Assembly: GCA_937864235.1 (NCBI GenBank)
Contig: CALMJI010000006.1
Span: 113-64,112 of the forward strand
Direction of reading: 5' to 3'
Length of the DNA: 64,000 nucleotides
DNA from: an uncultured bacterium
GTDB taxonomy: Bacteria; Patescibacteriota; Minisyncoccia; SW-4-49-11
Numbering within the stretch: position 1 is the first letter of the stretch; each line of letters begins with the position of its first letter. The notes below the pieces were generated by a model, which saw nothing but the letters and a program-made list of their open reading frames with translations, made no database searches and was not told the origin of the DNA. The translations under genes and the position numbers were made by a program. Shown here piece after piece: positions 9,163 through 18,408 of this stretch.

Positions 9163-9276
9163 ATGACCATGTTTACTAGAAAGTTTGGAAAGTTTATACG
9201 ATATTGCGGTAATAAACCCCTTGCCCTAGGGGGGCCAATTATTGCTTTGTACGCATTGTATAATACAATATTTTGA
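9163..9276 (+). CDS. Hypothetical 37-aa peptide (MTMFTRKFGKFIRYCGNKPLALGGPIIALYALYNTIF), speculative
   Basis: ATG-to-TGA ORF positioned exactly between promoter copy 2 and terminator copy 2. It has a hydrophobic C-terminal half and is below the ORF-track cutoff. Confidence 0.25.
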   Translation: MTMFTRKFGKFIRYCGNKPLALGGPIIALYALYNTIF

Positions 9277-9285
9277 ATTTCTATC

Positions 9286-9318
9286 GACTCTGCATCACTG
9301 CAGAGTCTTTTATTTACT
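9286..9318 (+). terminator. Rho-independent terminator (gactctg-catcactg-cagagtc followed by TTTTATTT), copy 2
   Basis: Near-identical to 7875-7906. Confidence 0.6.
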
Positions 9319-9349
9319 CAAAAATACCCTTCCCCAATCAAACAATATA

Positions 9350-9450
9350 ACGGGTGACTGAGGGGTCGACCCTACGAGAGGGGCAACGAATCCACCCCCG
9401 CCTTTCAGGCACCCCCCTCCGAAGGGGGACAAATTAACTCCCCCATCCTT
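9350..9450. repeat. GC-rich mosaic hairpin repeat element, copy 4. Modules: gggtcgaccc, cccctccgaagggggacaaatta.
   Basis: Contains the palindromes ggggtcgacccc and cctccgaaggggg. It shares the ...aagg(g/a)ggacaa... module with 4100, 30326, 52122 and 62140. Confidence 0.65.
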
Positions 9451-9468
9451 GAAAATAAGCTAATTTTA

Positions 9469-9477
9469 TGTTATAAT
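9469..9477 (+). promoter_or_regulatory. Extended -10 TGTTATAAT for yebC
   Basis: Motif lies 27 nt upstream of the ATG at 9505. Confidence 0.45.
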
Positions 9478-9504
9478 TATTACTAATAAAGTAATTATAA
9501 AATT

Positions 9505-10038
9505 ATGGCTGGGCATAATAAATTCTCAAAAATCAAGCATAAAAAAGCTGCTACAGATAAGTTGAAGGCTCAGAATTTTTCTAAGGTGGTCAAGATGATT
9601 CAAATTGCAGCCCGTAAAGGTTCTATTGATCCTGCTATGAATCCCGAGTTAAGATTAGCTTTAGAGAAGGCTAAAGAGGTCAATATGCCTAAAGATAATA
9701 TTAATCGTATTTTGGAAAAAGCCTCTAATACCAGTGGGCAAGTGATTATGTATGAGGGTTTTGGACCTGAGGGGGTTGGTTTGCTCATCAAGACATATAC
9801 TGACAATCCAAATCGAACTGTAGCTGATTTGAGGCATATGTTATCCAAAAATGGAGGTACTCTAGGGGCTAGTGGTTCTGTAATTTGGATGTTTGAAGAG
9901 ATTACTAGAGAACAAGAATATAAAGTCAATATTCCGAACGAGATTACTGAAGAGGCTCAAGAAAAATTAGAGAATTTAGTAGAAATTCTAGAGGAATTGG
10001 ATGATGTAGAAGAAATCTGGACTAGTGCTACTATCTAA
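9505..10038 (+). CDS. yebC: YebC/PmpR-family probable transcriptional regulatory protein (short form, 177 aa)
   Basis: N-terminus MAGHNKFSKIKHKKAATDKLKAQNFSKV...NPELRLALEKAK...MYEGFGPEGV matches the YebC/TACO1 family. It is followed directly by ruvC, the canonical yebC-ruvC linkage. Confidence 0.85.
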   Translation: MAGHNKFSKIKHKKAATDKLKAQNFSKVVKMIQIAARKGSIDPAMNPELRLALEKAKEVNMPKDNINRILEKASNTSGQVIMYEGFGPEGVGLLIKTYTDNPNRTVADLRHMLSKNGGTLGASGSVIWMFEEITREQEYKVNIPNEITEEAQEKLENLVEILEELDDVEEIWTSATI

Positions 10039-10041
10039 AAT

Positions 10042-10548
10042 ATGGATAATAATTCTCCATATAGAATTTTAGGCATTGATCCTGGGACTGCTACGACTGG
10101 ATTTGGTATTATTGATACTAGTATTTCTAAAGTTTCTGGAGTGGTTGATTATGGAGTTATTACCACTGAGCCAACCCTAATAGATGCAAAGAGACTAGCC
10201 ATTATTGATGAGAGCCTCAAGCAACTCATCGCTACTTATAAGCCCAATATTATTGCTGTTGAGAAGTTGTTTTTCTTCCGTAATACCACTACTATTATCA
10301 CGGTGGCTCAAGCTCGGGGAGTAGTATTACTAAATGCTGAATTACATAATTTACAATTATTTGAATTCACTCCACTACAAATAAAACAAGCCATTACCGG
10401 TTATGGTAAGGCTCCAAAGTCTCAAATGCAACAAATGGTAGCTACAATTCTAGGTCTAAAATCTATCCCAAAACCAGACGACGCTGCGGATGGCCTCGCT
10501 GTAGCTTTATGTTGTCAATCTAGTCTTGGTTATTTACTTAAAACTTAG
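10042..10548 (+). CDS. ruvC: Crossover junction endodeoxyribonuclease RuvC
   Basis: ILGIDPGTATTGFGII (catalytic Asp), AVEKLFFFRN, and DAADGLAVAL near the C-terminus are RuvC catalytic motifs. Confidence 0.9.
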   Translation: MDNNSPYRILGIDPGTATTGFGIIDTSISKVSGVVDYGVITTEPTLIDAKRLAIIDESLKQLIATYKPNIIAVEKLFFFRNTTTIITVAQARGVVLLNAELHNLQLFEFTPLQIKQAITGYGKAPKSQMQQMVATILGLKSIPKPDDAADGLAVALCCQSSLGYLLKT

Positions 10549-10553
10549 AGATT

Positions 10554-10685
10554 TTAATATCCCATTTGATAAGCAACTACAATCATAGAAGTTGTATAAG
10601 CAAATGTAGATACTGCAATTATTCCAATTAAATCTAAAAGCAATTTATATTTTTGGTTTCCTATTTTTTTTGTTAATTTTGACAT
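10554..10685 (-). CDS. Hypothetical 43-aa single-pass membrane peptide (MSKLTKKIGNQKYKLLLDLIGIIAVSTFAYTTSMIVVAYQMGY), speculative
   Basis: ATG-to-TAA ORF in the zwf/ruvC intergenic gap. It has a basic N-terminus followed by one hydrophobic helix. Confidence 0.25.
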   Translation of the reverse strand: MSKLTKKIGNQKYKLLLDLIGIIAVSTFAYTTSMIVVAYQMGY

Positions 10686-10739
10686 ATTTTAGAATATTAA
10701 TTAATAATTCAAATTTATTATATCATAATTTTTAGAATT

Positions 10740-12116
10740 TTAATAAATGTTATCCACAATTTCTGAAATATTGGCTCCTGCTTTATATAAAATCAATTCT
10801 CTTTTTTCTATAATTTCAGGTTTTATCAAGGGATTAACATAATTCCAAGCAGCTTCAATCTCATCTGCTCGGATGAATAATGACTGATCTGAATCCAAAA
10901 TATCTTGAATTAATCTTGCATAAGCAGATTGGCTTTTTTGCCCAAAAGACTCCTCATAGGTAAAATGTAATTTTACAGGTTGAATACACATTCCTTTACC
11001 TGGAAATTTGGCATTAACTGTATAATAGACCTCTTCATTAGGTTGTATACTAATCACTAATTCATTTTGTTGTGGATTACACCCCTCATCAATATGGCTA
11101 AAATACTTAAATCTAGGCTTGAACGATATTTTTATTTCTGCTTTATTTTCTGATAATCTTTTGCCTGTAGAGATATAGATAGGTACATCTTCCCAACGAG
11201 GATTGTCTATATATGTTGTAAGTTTTACATATGTCTCGGTTTTAGAGTTTGGGTTAACTCCTTCTTCTTCCAAATATCCTCTACTTCCCTCCGCTGAGAT
11301 ATACTGTCCTAATATAACATTTTGTGGGTTAATTGGTCTTAAGGACTTGATTAATTTATGCTTTTCATCTCTGATATATTCTGCTTCCATTGCTACAGGA
11401 GCTTCCATTGCTATCAAAGCTAAAGTCTGCAAAATATGATTTTGTAGAATATCTTTGATTATTCCTGTTTTATCAAAATAATCAGCTCGCTTATCTATGC
11501 CTCGCTCTTCCCAGACCTCAATTGCAATTGACTCTACATAGTGATTATTCAATAATGGCTCAAACATACTATTCCCAAATCTCAATGCCAATATATTCTG
11601 CACCGTTTCTTTACCTAAATAGTGATCCACCCGATAAATTTCATCCTCATTAAAATTTTCAGCCAATTTGTGATTCAGGGCTTGAGCTGAACTTAAATCT
11701 GACCCAAAAGGCTTCTCAAAAACTAATTTATATTTTATATTTTGATGAATATTTTTGACTTCCGCTAAAGTGTCTACTACATCATTAAAAGCTTGAGGAG
11801 GTATTGCCATATACCAAATCACCTCATCCCCTGATTGAATATTATGTTGAGTAAAAAACTTATGTATTGTATCAATTTGTCCAAAATCTATTTGATTATA
11901 TTCTAATCTTTCAATAAAATCTAATTTACCTGTAAATTTAGATAGACTATTTTGTACTAACTCCCTATATTCTTCTTGATTATATTCTTTTCTACCAGCA
12001 CCTATAAATTTTATATCTGGCAAATAATAATTATAATTAAATATTTCTGCTAAAGCTGGGTATAATTTGGTAGTAGCTAAATCTCCAGTAGCTCCTGTAA
12101 TAATAAAATACTTCAT
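10740..12116 (-). CDS. zwf: Glucose-6-phosphate 1-dehydrogenase
   Basis: NAD(P)-binding N-terminus GATGDLA and the G6PD signature DHYLGKE; 458 aa. Confidence 0.85.
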   Translation of the reverse strand: MKYFIITGATGDLATTKLYPALAEIFNYNYYLPDIKFIGAGRKEYNQEEYRELVQNSLSKFTGKLDFIERLEYNQIDFGQIDTIHKFFTQHNIQSGDEVIWYMAIPPQAFNDVVDTLAEVKNIHQNIKYKLVFEKPFGSDLSSAQALNHKLAENFNEDEIYRVDHYLGKETVQNILALRFGNSMFEPLLNNHYVESIAIEVWEERGIDKRADYFDKTGIIKDILQNHILQTLALIAMEAPVAMEAEYIRDEKHKLIKSLRPINPQNVILGQYISAEGSRGYLEEEGVNPNSKTETYVKLTTYIDNPRWEDVPIYISTGKRLSENKAEIKISFKPRFKYFSHIDEGCNPQQNELVISIQPNEEVYYTVNAKFPGKGMCIQPVKLHFTYEESFGQKSQSAYARLIQDILDSDQSLFIRADEIEAAWNYVNPLIKPEIIEKRELILYKAGANISEIVDNIY

Positions 12117-12181
12117 CCTAATTCAATTTTAGATATTATATCAATAGACTACTTCAAACAAATTCTATTGTCAAATAAAAC

Positions 12182-12628
12182 TTATAAACCTAGAGATTCA
12201 TCTGAATAAATATCTTCTTCTAAATCTGAATCTATAGCCTGTATTTCAGATTCTATTAAATCAGCTTCCATATTAGTGTTATCACTTACTGGAATGGTTT
12301 CTAATATATCAGGTGTAACTACGGATGGCTCACTTGTATTAAGTGTATCAACTATAACTTCCTCAACCATATCTTCTGTCTGATACATACGATATACACT
12401 CACAGCCACAATGACTAGGGAGAAAAATACTAAAAACACAACAATTCCCCATAATAATGGTCTAGTGACAATATCTTTATTTACTATATTAGATACATTG
12501 TTACTGGAACGATCAGTATACTGACTTGATGGGCTAGAAGGAGTAGCTTGTTCTGGAGGAAAAGATGTCAAACCAGAATTAGAATTAATTTGCTGTGAGC
12601 TTTGATTATTATTGATATTATCTTCCAT
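12182..12628 (-). CDS. Hypothetical single-pass membrane protein with a Ser/Pro/Asn-rich N-terminal region
   Basis: Low-complexity N-terminus, one TM helix (LLWGIVVFLVFFSLVIVAVSV), acidic C-terminus. Confidence 0.45.
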   Translation of the reverse strand: MEDNINNNQSSQQINSNSGLTSFPPEQATPSSPSSQYTDRSSNNVSNIVNKDIVTRPLLWGIVVFLVFFSLVIVAVSVYRMYQTEDMVEEVIVDTLNTSEPSVVTPDILETIPVSDNTNMEADLIESEIQAIDSDLEEDIYSDESLGL

Positions 12629-12649
12629 ATTTATAAATATATATTAATA

Positions 12650-13438
12650 TTATTGAGGGATTACTTGAGGAATAGTACCACTTGGATTAGTAGCTGGCTC
12701 TGGAGATGTAGTTTCTTGAGGCCGTATACTTCTTAAATATGGAATGATTGTATCTTTGATGTATATTCTAATTTCTCTATCCTTAACTATTACTGATTGT
12801 AATTTTGATTTTCTAATATCAACTTCAGTAGCTAATTGTGTTTGGTTATTACAAAATTCACCTGTGTTGACCTTAGTTCCAAATAGTTGAATATATTCCT
12901 GGTTAGCAACATTCATAGTAGTGATTTTGTTTTTTAGCTCAGAAATATAAGAGTTATAAGTAGTTACATCTACTCCTCTTTCAACTAATTTGTTGGAAAC
13001 CTTCTCTAACCTCGTAGTGAATTTATTATATTTAGCTATTCTCACTTGAGATTTAGATGTGAAATTTCTTTGATGATTTAAAATTCTCATACCCACAGCT
13101 TCACATCTCTCTTTAATTTTCTGTTCTCTTTGCTCTGAAGTCAAAGTAGACTGTGGAGAAGTCCTATTTTCTTGGTTAGTTATTCTTTGAGCAGGAACTG
13201 ACTCTATAGTTTCTCTATTTGCACTCTGTGATTGGGGGGAAAGTCTTTGACTATCTTGTCTCTGATTGCTAGAGTCTTCTCTATTTCTCATAGGGGCTCT
13301 TCTATCTCTACCTTCAACTGGGGTTTCTTGAGTTTGATTATTGGTGTCATCTTGTGCCAAAACTATGCCACTAACAGAAATCACTCCACCTATGATTGAG
13401 AGGCTTGAGACAATAGCAATTTTAGATAATTTATTCAT
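12650..13438 (-). CDS. Hypothetical secreted/membrane-anchored protein
   Basis: N-terminal signal/anchor IAIVSSLSIIGGVISVSGIVLA followed by a polar, coiled-coil-like region. Confidence 0.45.
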   Translation of the reverse strand: MNKLSKIAIVSSLSIIGGVISVSGIVLAQDDTNNQTQETPVEGRDRRAPMRNREDSSNQRQDSQRLSPQSQSANRETIESVPAQRITNQENRTSPQSTLTSEQREQKIKERCEAVGMRILNHQRNFTSKSQVRIAKYNKFTTRLEKVSNKLVERGVDVTTYNSYISELKNKITTMNVANQEYIQLFGTKVNTGEFCNNQTQLATEVDIRKSKLQSVIVKDREIRIYIKDTIIPYLRSIRPQETTSPEPATNPSGTIPQVIPQ

Positions 13439-13500
13439 ATTAATATTATTTTATAATTATGTGTTAATTATATCACTACTAATAATTTTGTCAAATATAA

Positions 13501-13788
13501 TTATATTCCAAGAGCCTCTCTTAATTCATCACTCACTTTCCACGGTGGATTAAAAGTAAGTTCAATATTTATAGATTTTGGATTCAAAACTGATAAGGCA
13601 GTTTTTAATTCTTCTTGCATTTTTCCCCCAAAAGGACATAAAGGAGTAGTATAAGTCATCAAGATATTGATATCCTGCTTTTGCGTGATTTCTATATTAT
13701 AAATCAACCCTAAAGTATAAATATCCAGATTCACTTCTGGATCTAGAATAGTCTGACAAACTGCTATTACATCGTCTTTAGTAACCAT
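13501..13788 (-). CDS. sufT: Fe-S cluster assembly protein SufT (DUF59/MIP18 family)
   Basis: 95 aa. The DPE-containing N-terminus (ILDPEVNLDIYTLGLIY) and conserved Cys (TPLCPFGG) are typical of DUF59. It is the last gene of the sufS-sufU-sufC-sufT run. Confidence 0.65.
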   Translation of the reverse strand: MVTKDDVIAVCQTILDPEVNLDIYTLGLIYNIEITQKQDINILMTYTTPLCPFGGKMQEELKTALSVLNPKSINIELTFNPPWKVSDELREALGI

Positions 13789-13794
13789 TATAAT

Positions 13795-14502
13795 TTAATT
13801 ATTAAATCCTCTTTCTTGTAATCTAGCTAAAATTTTTACACCACCTTCTTCTACAATTTTTCCGTTTTTGATAATACTCACTCTATCTGGCTTACTAGAT
13901 AATTGAGCTAAATGAGTAATGATTAAGAATGTCATACCTTCTTTGGATAACTTTTCTAGTTCAGTTGACATTAGCTTAGTTGCGTCAATATCTAAGCCAG
14001 AATCTGGCTCATCAAGTATAGCTAATTTGGGCTTTAGGATTATAAGTTGCAATAATTCTAATCTCTTTCTTTCTCCACCTGAGAAGCCATCATTGACATA
14101 ACGAGATAAAGTATCAGCTCCTAGCCCCAATTTTGTAGCCTCATCCAAAACCTTTTTTCTAAACTCCAACACATTTACCTTGCCATAAATAGCCTGATAG
14201 GAGTTTTTGAGTAAGCTCAAAATTGTCACTCCCTTGATAGCTGGCGGATATTGCATAGATAAAAATAACCCAAGTTTAGCTCTTTTGTCTGGGGAGAGTC
14301 TCGTAATATCTTGTCCCTCAAAAATAATCTCACCCTCAACTTCATATTCTGGATAACCCATTATAGCCAGAGCCAAAGTGCTTTTACCGCTTCCATTAGG
14401 ACCCATTAGATAATGCATATTACCATTTTTAATCTCAAGACTGATATCAGAGATTATAGTTTTGTCGTCCTTAGTAATTGTAATATTTTGTAATTTTAGC
14501 AT
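13795..14502 (-). CDS. sufC: Fe-S cluster assembly ATPase SufC
   Basis: Walker A GPNGSGKST, ABC signature FSGGERKR, Walker B LAILDEPDSGLD; 235 aa. Confidence 0.9.
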   Translation of the reverse strand: MLKLQNITITKDDKTIISDISLEIKNGNMHYLMGPNGSGKSTLALAIMGYPEYEVEGEIIFEGQDITRLSPDKRAKLGLFLSMQYPPAIKGVTILSLLKNSYQAIYGKVNVLEFRKKVLDEATKLGLGADTLSRYVNDGFSGGERKRLELLQLIILKPKLAILDEPDSGLDIDATKLMSTELEKLSKEGMTFLIITHLAQLSSKPDRVSIIKNGKIVEEGGVKILARLQERGFNN

Positions 14503-14523
14503 AGATATTAGTGCAAATTTATG

Positions 14524-14883
14524 TTATTTTAACACTTCCTGAGCTGTTCGTAAAGCTAAAGACACACATTTAACTCTAGTTCCCTCCATTTCAAGACCCA
14601 ACCATTGATATAATTCCTCTATTGTAATCTTTAACAATTTATCTACTGTAAGGCCTTTTAATTTTTCTGTAGTAAGAGAGGCCCCAGCTATACAAAGTGC
14701 GCACCCCACTCCCTCAAAACTCACCTCCCGCACCTGATTATCTGTAATCTCAAGATATATCCAAATATCATCTCCACAATTAGCATTATGCCCATGTAAT
14801 TTATGAGTATAATGCTCTAAAACACCTTTATTCAAAGGACTACGGTATAAGTCTAAAATGTATTCCCGATAAATATCATCCAT
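14524..14883 (-). CDS. sufU: SufU/IscU-like Fe-S cluster scaffold / sulfur acceptor
   Basis: Conserved Cys triad (NANCGDD, GVGCALCIAGAS, VKCVSLA) characteristic of NifU-N/SufU. Confidence 0.8.
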   Translation of the reverse strand: MDDIYREYILDLYRSPLNKGVLEHYTHKLHGHNANCGDDIWIYLEITDNQVREVSFEGVGCALCIAGASLTTEKLKGLTVDKLLKITIEELYQWLGLEMEGTRVKCVSLALRTAQEVLK

Positions 14884-14885
14884 AA

Positions 14886-16091
14886 TTATTGAAATTTAGC
14901 ATAAATCTTATCCAAAGCCTGCATTAGTCTATCTATATCTTGCCTAGTATTATATATCCCAAAAGTAGCCCTAGTGCTACCAGAAATACCAAGAACCTGA
15001 GCAATGCCACTAGCACAATGCTGTCCTGCCCGCACACAAATATTCTCTTTGGCGAGTAAATAAGCCACATCATGAGTATGAATATTATCTATTATAAAGG
15101 CAAAACAAGCAATTCTCAACTGCTCTCTCCCACCACCTAAAACTTGTAGCCAAGGCCTGAGTGAAACTTGCTCCCAAATATACTGTACCAAATCTTGCTC
15201 ATGAAATTGAACATAGTTCCAACCTATCTCTTGAAGCCAATTAATGGCTCTCGCAAGTCCTATCACTTCAGCAATCGGTGGAGTTCCAGCCTCGAATCTT
15301 TGCGGGATAGGAGCATATTCTATATTTTCTAAATTTACATAATCCACCATATCTCCACCATTACGAGAAGGTGTCAATTGCTCTAAAAGATTATATTTAA
15401 CCCACAAAACCCCCACTCCAGTCGGAGCATATAATTTATGTCCTGAAAAAACATAAGCATCCACACCAAAATTTGAAACGGATATCGGGATATGAGATAC
15501 TGCTTGAGCCCCATCTACTATACATAGAGCTCCTTTTGTATGAGCCTTCTGAGCAACTTGCTTTATATTATGAATTGTCCCGAGCACATTAGAAATATGC
15601 CCAATTACCACAATAGAGGTATTATCATCAATAGCATCCAGCAAAGCCTGTTCATCTAATATCCCGTCTTTGAGGTAAATATATTTTATTTCTAGATTAC
15701 ATTTTCGTGCCAATTCACGCCAAGATAGCATATTGCTATGATGTTCGGTCACTGGTATTATAATATTCTGCCCAGTACTTACACGAGACCCCAACATCTC
15801 AGCCAACATATTTAGCCCATCTGTGGCTCCTCTAGTGAAAATAATTTCCTCAGCCCGATTCGCTCCTATGAATTCAGCAACTTTTACTCTCGCCCCCTCA
15901 TACTCAACCGTAGCCAGCTCTGAGAGATGATAAATACCCCTATGAATATTAGCCCTATAGCTCCTATAATAGATATTCATAGCCTCCAAAACCACCTCCG
16001 GAGTCAAGCTAGAAGCCCCCGAATCTAAATAAACCAAATCCTGACCTAAAATCGGGAATTGCTCTCTAATTGTAAATACTTTATCCTCCAT
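14886..16091 (-). CDS. sufS: Cysteine desulfurase SufS (class V aminotransferase)
   Basis: PLP-Lys motif SGHKLYAPTGVGVLWV and a C-terminal catalytic Cys region (RAGQHCA); 401 aa. Confidence 0.9.
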   Translation of the reverse strand: MEDKVFTIREQFPILGQDLVYLDSGASSLTPEVVLEAMNIYYRSYRANIHRGIYHLSELATVEYEGARVKVAEFIGANRAEEIIFTRGATDGLNMLAEMLGSRVSTGQNIIIPVTEHHSNMLSWRELARKCNLEIKYIYLKDGILDEQALLDAIDDNTSIVVIGHISNVLGTIHNIKQVAQKAHTKGALCIVDGAQAVSHIPISVSNFGVDAYVFSGHKLYAPTGVGVLWVKYNLLEQLTPSRNGGDMVDYVNLENIEYAPIPQRFEAGTPPIAEVIGLARAINWLQEIGWNYVQFHEQDLVQYIWEQVSLRPWLQVLGGGREQLRIACFAFIIDNIHTHDVAYLLAKENICVRAGQHCASGIAQVLGISGSTRATFGIYNTRQDIDRLMQALDKIYAKFQ

Positions 16092-16112
16092 ATAGATAAA
16101 GTATACTAGATA

Positions 16113-16121
16113 TGTTATAAT
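16113..16121 (+). promoter_or_regulatory. Extended -10 TGTTATAAT for ORF 16147
   Basis: Motif lies 25 nt upstream of the ATG. Confidence 0.4.
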
Positions 16122-16146
16122 ATGTGTATAGTTAATATAAAATTGT

Positions 16147-17205
16147 ATGGAAATACTTGCTACAGAATCACATCAAACATCCGAAACAGAGCTCCCACCC
16201 AATATTGAATCTGAAATTCTAAAAGCATTGAGTTCAGATATCAGATTAGATATTATATTTGATCCTAATAGTATATATCTTATATTAGAGAACCAAAAAC
16301 AAAGATATCCTGACTTAGAAAATTCAGCTTTAGTTAATGTAGCCTTAAAGGACATTGATAAAAAAATGGTAGAAAATAAATTAAGATTAACTCAACTTGA
16401 GGACATTGATGAAAAAGTTAAAAGATCGATAAAAAACTTTGAAGAAGCCAAAGCTAAGCTCTCAAAATTACAGCTTGAATACTCAATGCTAAGACAACAA
16501 TTAGAGTCTCAGTTAGATAATGGTTTAGACTTAGAAGGCACACCTATACAAAATGCTCTGGACCAATACAGAAGATTTAAGTCTAAACTTGAAGGTTTAT
16601 CAGAAGACTCTCCAGAGCAAGAAGATATAAGGCGAGTGCTTAATATTTATGCCAAATATATTAAGCAAGAATTCGAGCAAAGCCCAGAAAAATACTCCAT
16701 AGGAACATCTCAGCCTTTAAGAATTGATATAGGGGAAATTGTATATGAATTTATAGAACCTAATGATTTAACAAATGAACAAAAATCTCATCAAAGAAAT
16801 ATTGCAGAGGCCAGAAAAAATATTACACAAGAACTTAGTCAAACTCCAGGAGTTTTGGGAGTTATCCCTATGGCTGGAGAAGTTGAAGGATCTAAGAATT
16901 TTGATATTATAGCCATCACACTTAAGCCAGATAATAATAATCTATCCCCTGAGGAAATAAATATAGCTCTCAAATTATTATATTCCCAAATCCAAAACTC
17001 TGCTAATTCAAAACAAGGTTTGATAGAAGCCAATATATTAGATCCTAGTAATATAGAGATATATAGTGATGGGAAACCTCTAGCCGATTTTACAGAAGAT
17101 AATAAACCTGAGTCTGAATTAGATCCTTCTCAAATATTCCAATTACATACAATAAAAGTTGCCAAAAGATCAACAGACTTTAAATATAAAAAAAGAATAT
17201 ACTGA
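16147..17205 (+). CDS. Hypothetical protein (352 aa, acidic, coiled-coil-rich)
   Basis: No recognisable catalytic motif. It sits between the two halves of the split suf cluster. Confidence 0.45.
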   Translation: MEILATESHQTSETELPPNIESEILKALSSDIRLDIIFDPNSIYLILENQKQRYPDLENSALVNVALKDIDKKMVENKLRLTQLEDIDEKVKRSIKNFEEAKAKLSKLQLEYSMLRQQLESQLDNGLDLEGTPIQNALDQYRRFKSKLEGLSEDSPEQEDIRRVLNIYAKYIKQEFEQSPEKYSIGTSQPLRIDIGEIVYEFIEPNDLTNEQKSHQRNIAEARKNITQELSQTPGVLGVIPMAGEVEGSKNFDIIAITLKPDNNNLSPEEINIALKLLYSQIQNSANSKQGLIEANILDPSNIEIYSDGKPLADFTEDNKPESELDPSQIFQLHTIKVAKRSTDFKYKKRIY

Positions 17206-17393
17206 TCATGCTATGGCTATGGTAAGACCTTCTCAAAGTCTAGAGGATAATAATAATATACCTACTTTAACTAATTCTTATACTACTCAAGGAGAAAACG
17301 GTCTTACATATACTCCATTTAATCAAGCTATGTTCCAACTATCAGCTCAGCAAGCCTTAGGATTAGATTTAGCTTAAAATATAGACTTAACAC

Positions 17394-17720
17394 CTATGAC
17401 CGCTCGCTAATCTTTTTTTGGTCACTAGCTAACATATTATCCCAAGCGGAGTGTAGATCAATATCCAATTCATGAGCTATAAACAAAACTTCTGCCATAA
17501 TATCTGCCAATTCATCAGATAATTTAGCTTTGATTTGAGACTCATCCAAACCTTCTCTATATCTATAATTTTGTAATTGCAGAACACATTTAGACAAATT
17601 CCCCACCTGATATTGCAGATCATGCGAAGCTACATCATAAGACCAAGTCTTTGTACCCTGAGCATCATATTTTTTGAAAATCTCCACCACTTCTTGTTGC
17701 ATTTTATCTAAAGTATCCAT
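17394..17720 (-). CDS. MazG-like nucleotide pyrophosphohydrolase family protein (putative)
   Basis: 108 aa, all-alpha. The C-terminal motif SDELADIMAEVLFIAHELDIDLHSAWDNML resembles the MazG/NTP-PPase EExxE/D metal-binding helix pair. Confidence 0.45.
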   Translation of the reverse strand: MDTLDKMQQEVVEIFKKYDAQGTKTWSYDVASHDLQYQVGNLSKCVLQLQNYRYREGLDESQIKAKLSDELADIMAEVLFIAHELDIDLHSAWDNMLASDQKKISERS

Positions 17721-17932
17721 ATTTTAATTGATTTACATTAACTATGTATTACTATCTCCCACTATCCTCTATGTCTACGATGTATCTCATCTTATTCATT
17801 TGGAATTGGACATAAGGATAAGCTAAAAAGTCAGCTTATAGATGATTTACAAAACTTTAAAGAAGCTATCTCTAAATTTCAAAAAGAATTTTTAAGATAA
17901 TCAAAAAACTAAACCACTATCACTCTTAATAC

Positions 17933-18265
17933 TTAATGTAATTTACCTCCAATAGGAACATCTTTATCTGGAATTACTAATATTACCTCTCCTTTATCAT
18001 TTGGTAATCCTAAAGTCAAAACCTCAGATATAGCCTCTCCAATTTGTCTCGGTGGGAAATTAACTACACATAAAACCATTTTGCCCTTCAGATCTTCTAT
18101 TGAGTAGTTTTGTACTAACTGAGAGCATGACTTTTTGATACCAATTTCATCACCTAAGTCTATTTTTAATTTATATGTAGGTTTTCTTGCCTTTGGGAAA
18201 TTCTCAACTTCTATAATTTTACCAACTCTTATATCTACTTTTTCAAAATCTTCAAATGTAATCAT
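17933..18265 (-). CDS. csaA: tRNA-binding domain protein (CsaA / Myf-domain, MetG C-terminal-like)
   Basis: 110 aa. FEKVDIRVGKIIEVENFPKARK...LCVVNFPPRQIGE matches the OB-fold tRNA-binding (Myf) domain. Confidence 0.65.
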   Translation of the reverse strand: MITFEDFEKVDIRVGKIIEVENFPKARKPTYKLKIDLGDEIGIKKSCSQLVQNYSIEDLKGKMVLCVVNFPPRQIGEAISEVLTLGLPNDKGEVILVIPDKDVPIGGKLH

Positions 18266-18283
18266 AATTTTTTACTATCTTTT

Positions 18284-18353
18284 TACCCTCTCATTATACC
18301 ACACTCCCCCTTACCCTTCCAAAAAGCCGGTTTTGAGGAGGTGGAGGTCTTTG
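18284..18353 (-). promoter_or_regulatory. Promoter element (-35 TTGGAA, -10 TGGTATAAT on minus) upstream of csaA. This is copy A of a duplicated ~70-bp segment that also carries a remnant of the sufD 3' end (…HLLKTGFLEG*).
   Basis: Roughly 88% identical over about 70 bp to 21867-21934. Its reverse complement encodes YKDLHLLKTGFLEG-stop, matching the real sufD C-terminus HLLKNGFLEG-stop. Confidence 0.6.
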
Positions 18354-18408
18354 TACTTACACATACAAAAAATCTCTAATAGAATCCTTTATCAATTCTT
18401 TGATTTAT

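Noticed and set aside
17159-17377. 72-aa ORF overlapping the end of ORF 16147-17205
   Set aside because: No promoter or terminator is visible and the translation is low-complexity (N/T/Q-rich). It is probably a read-through frame.
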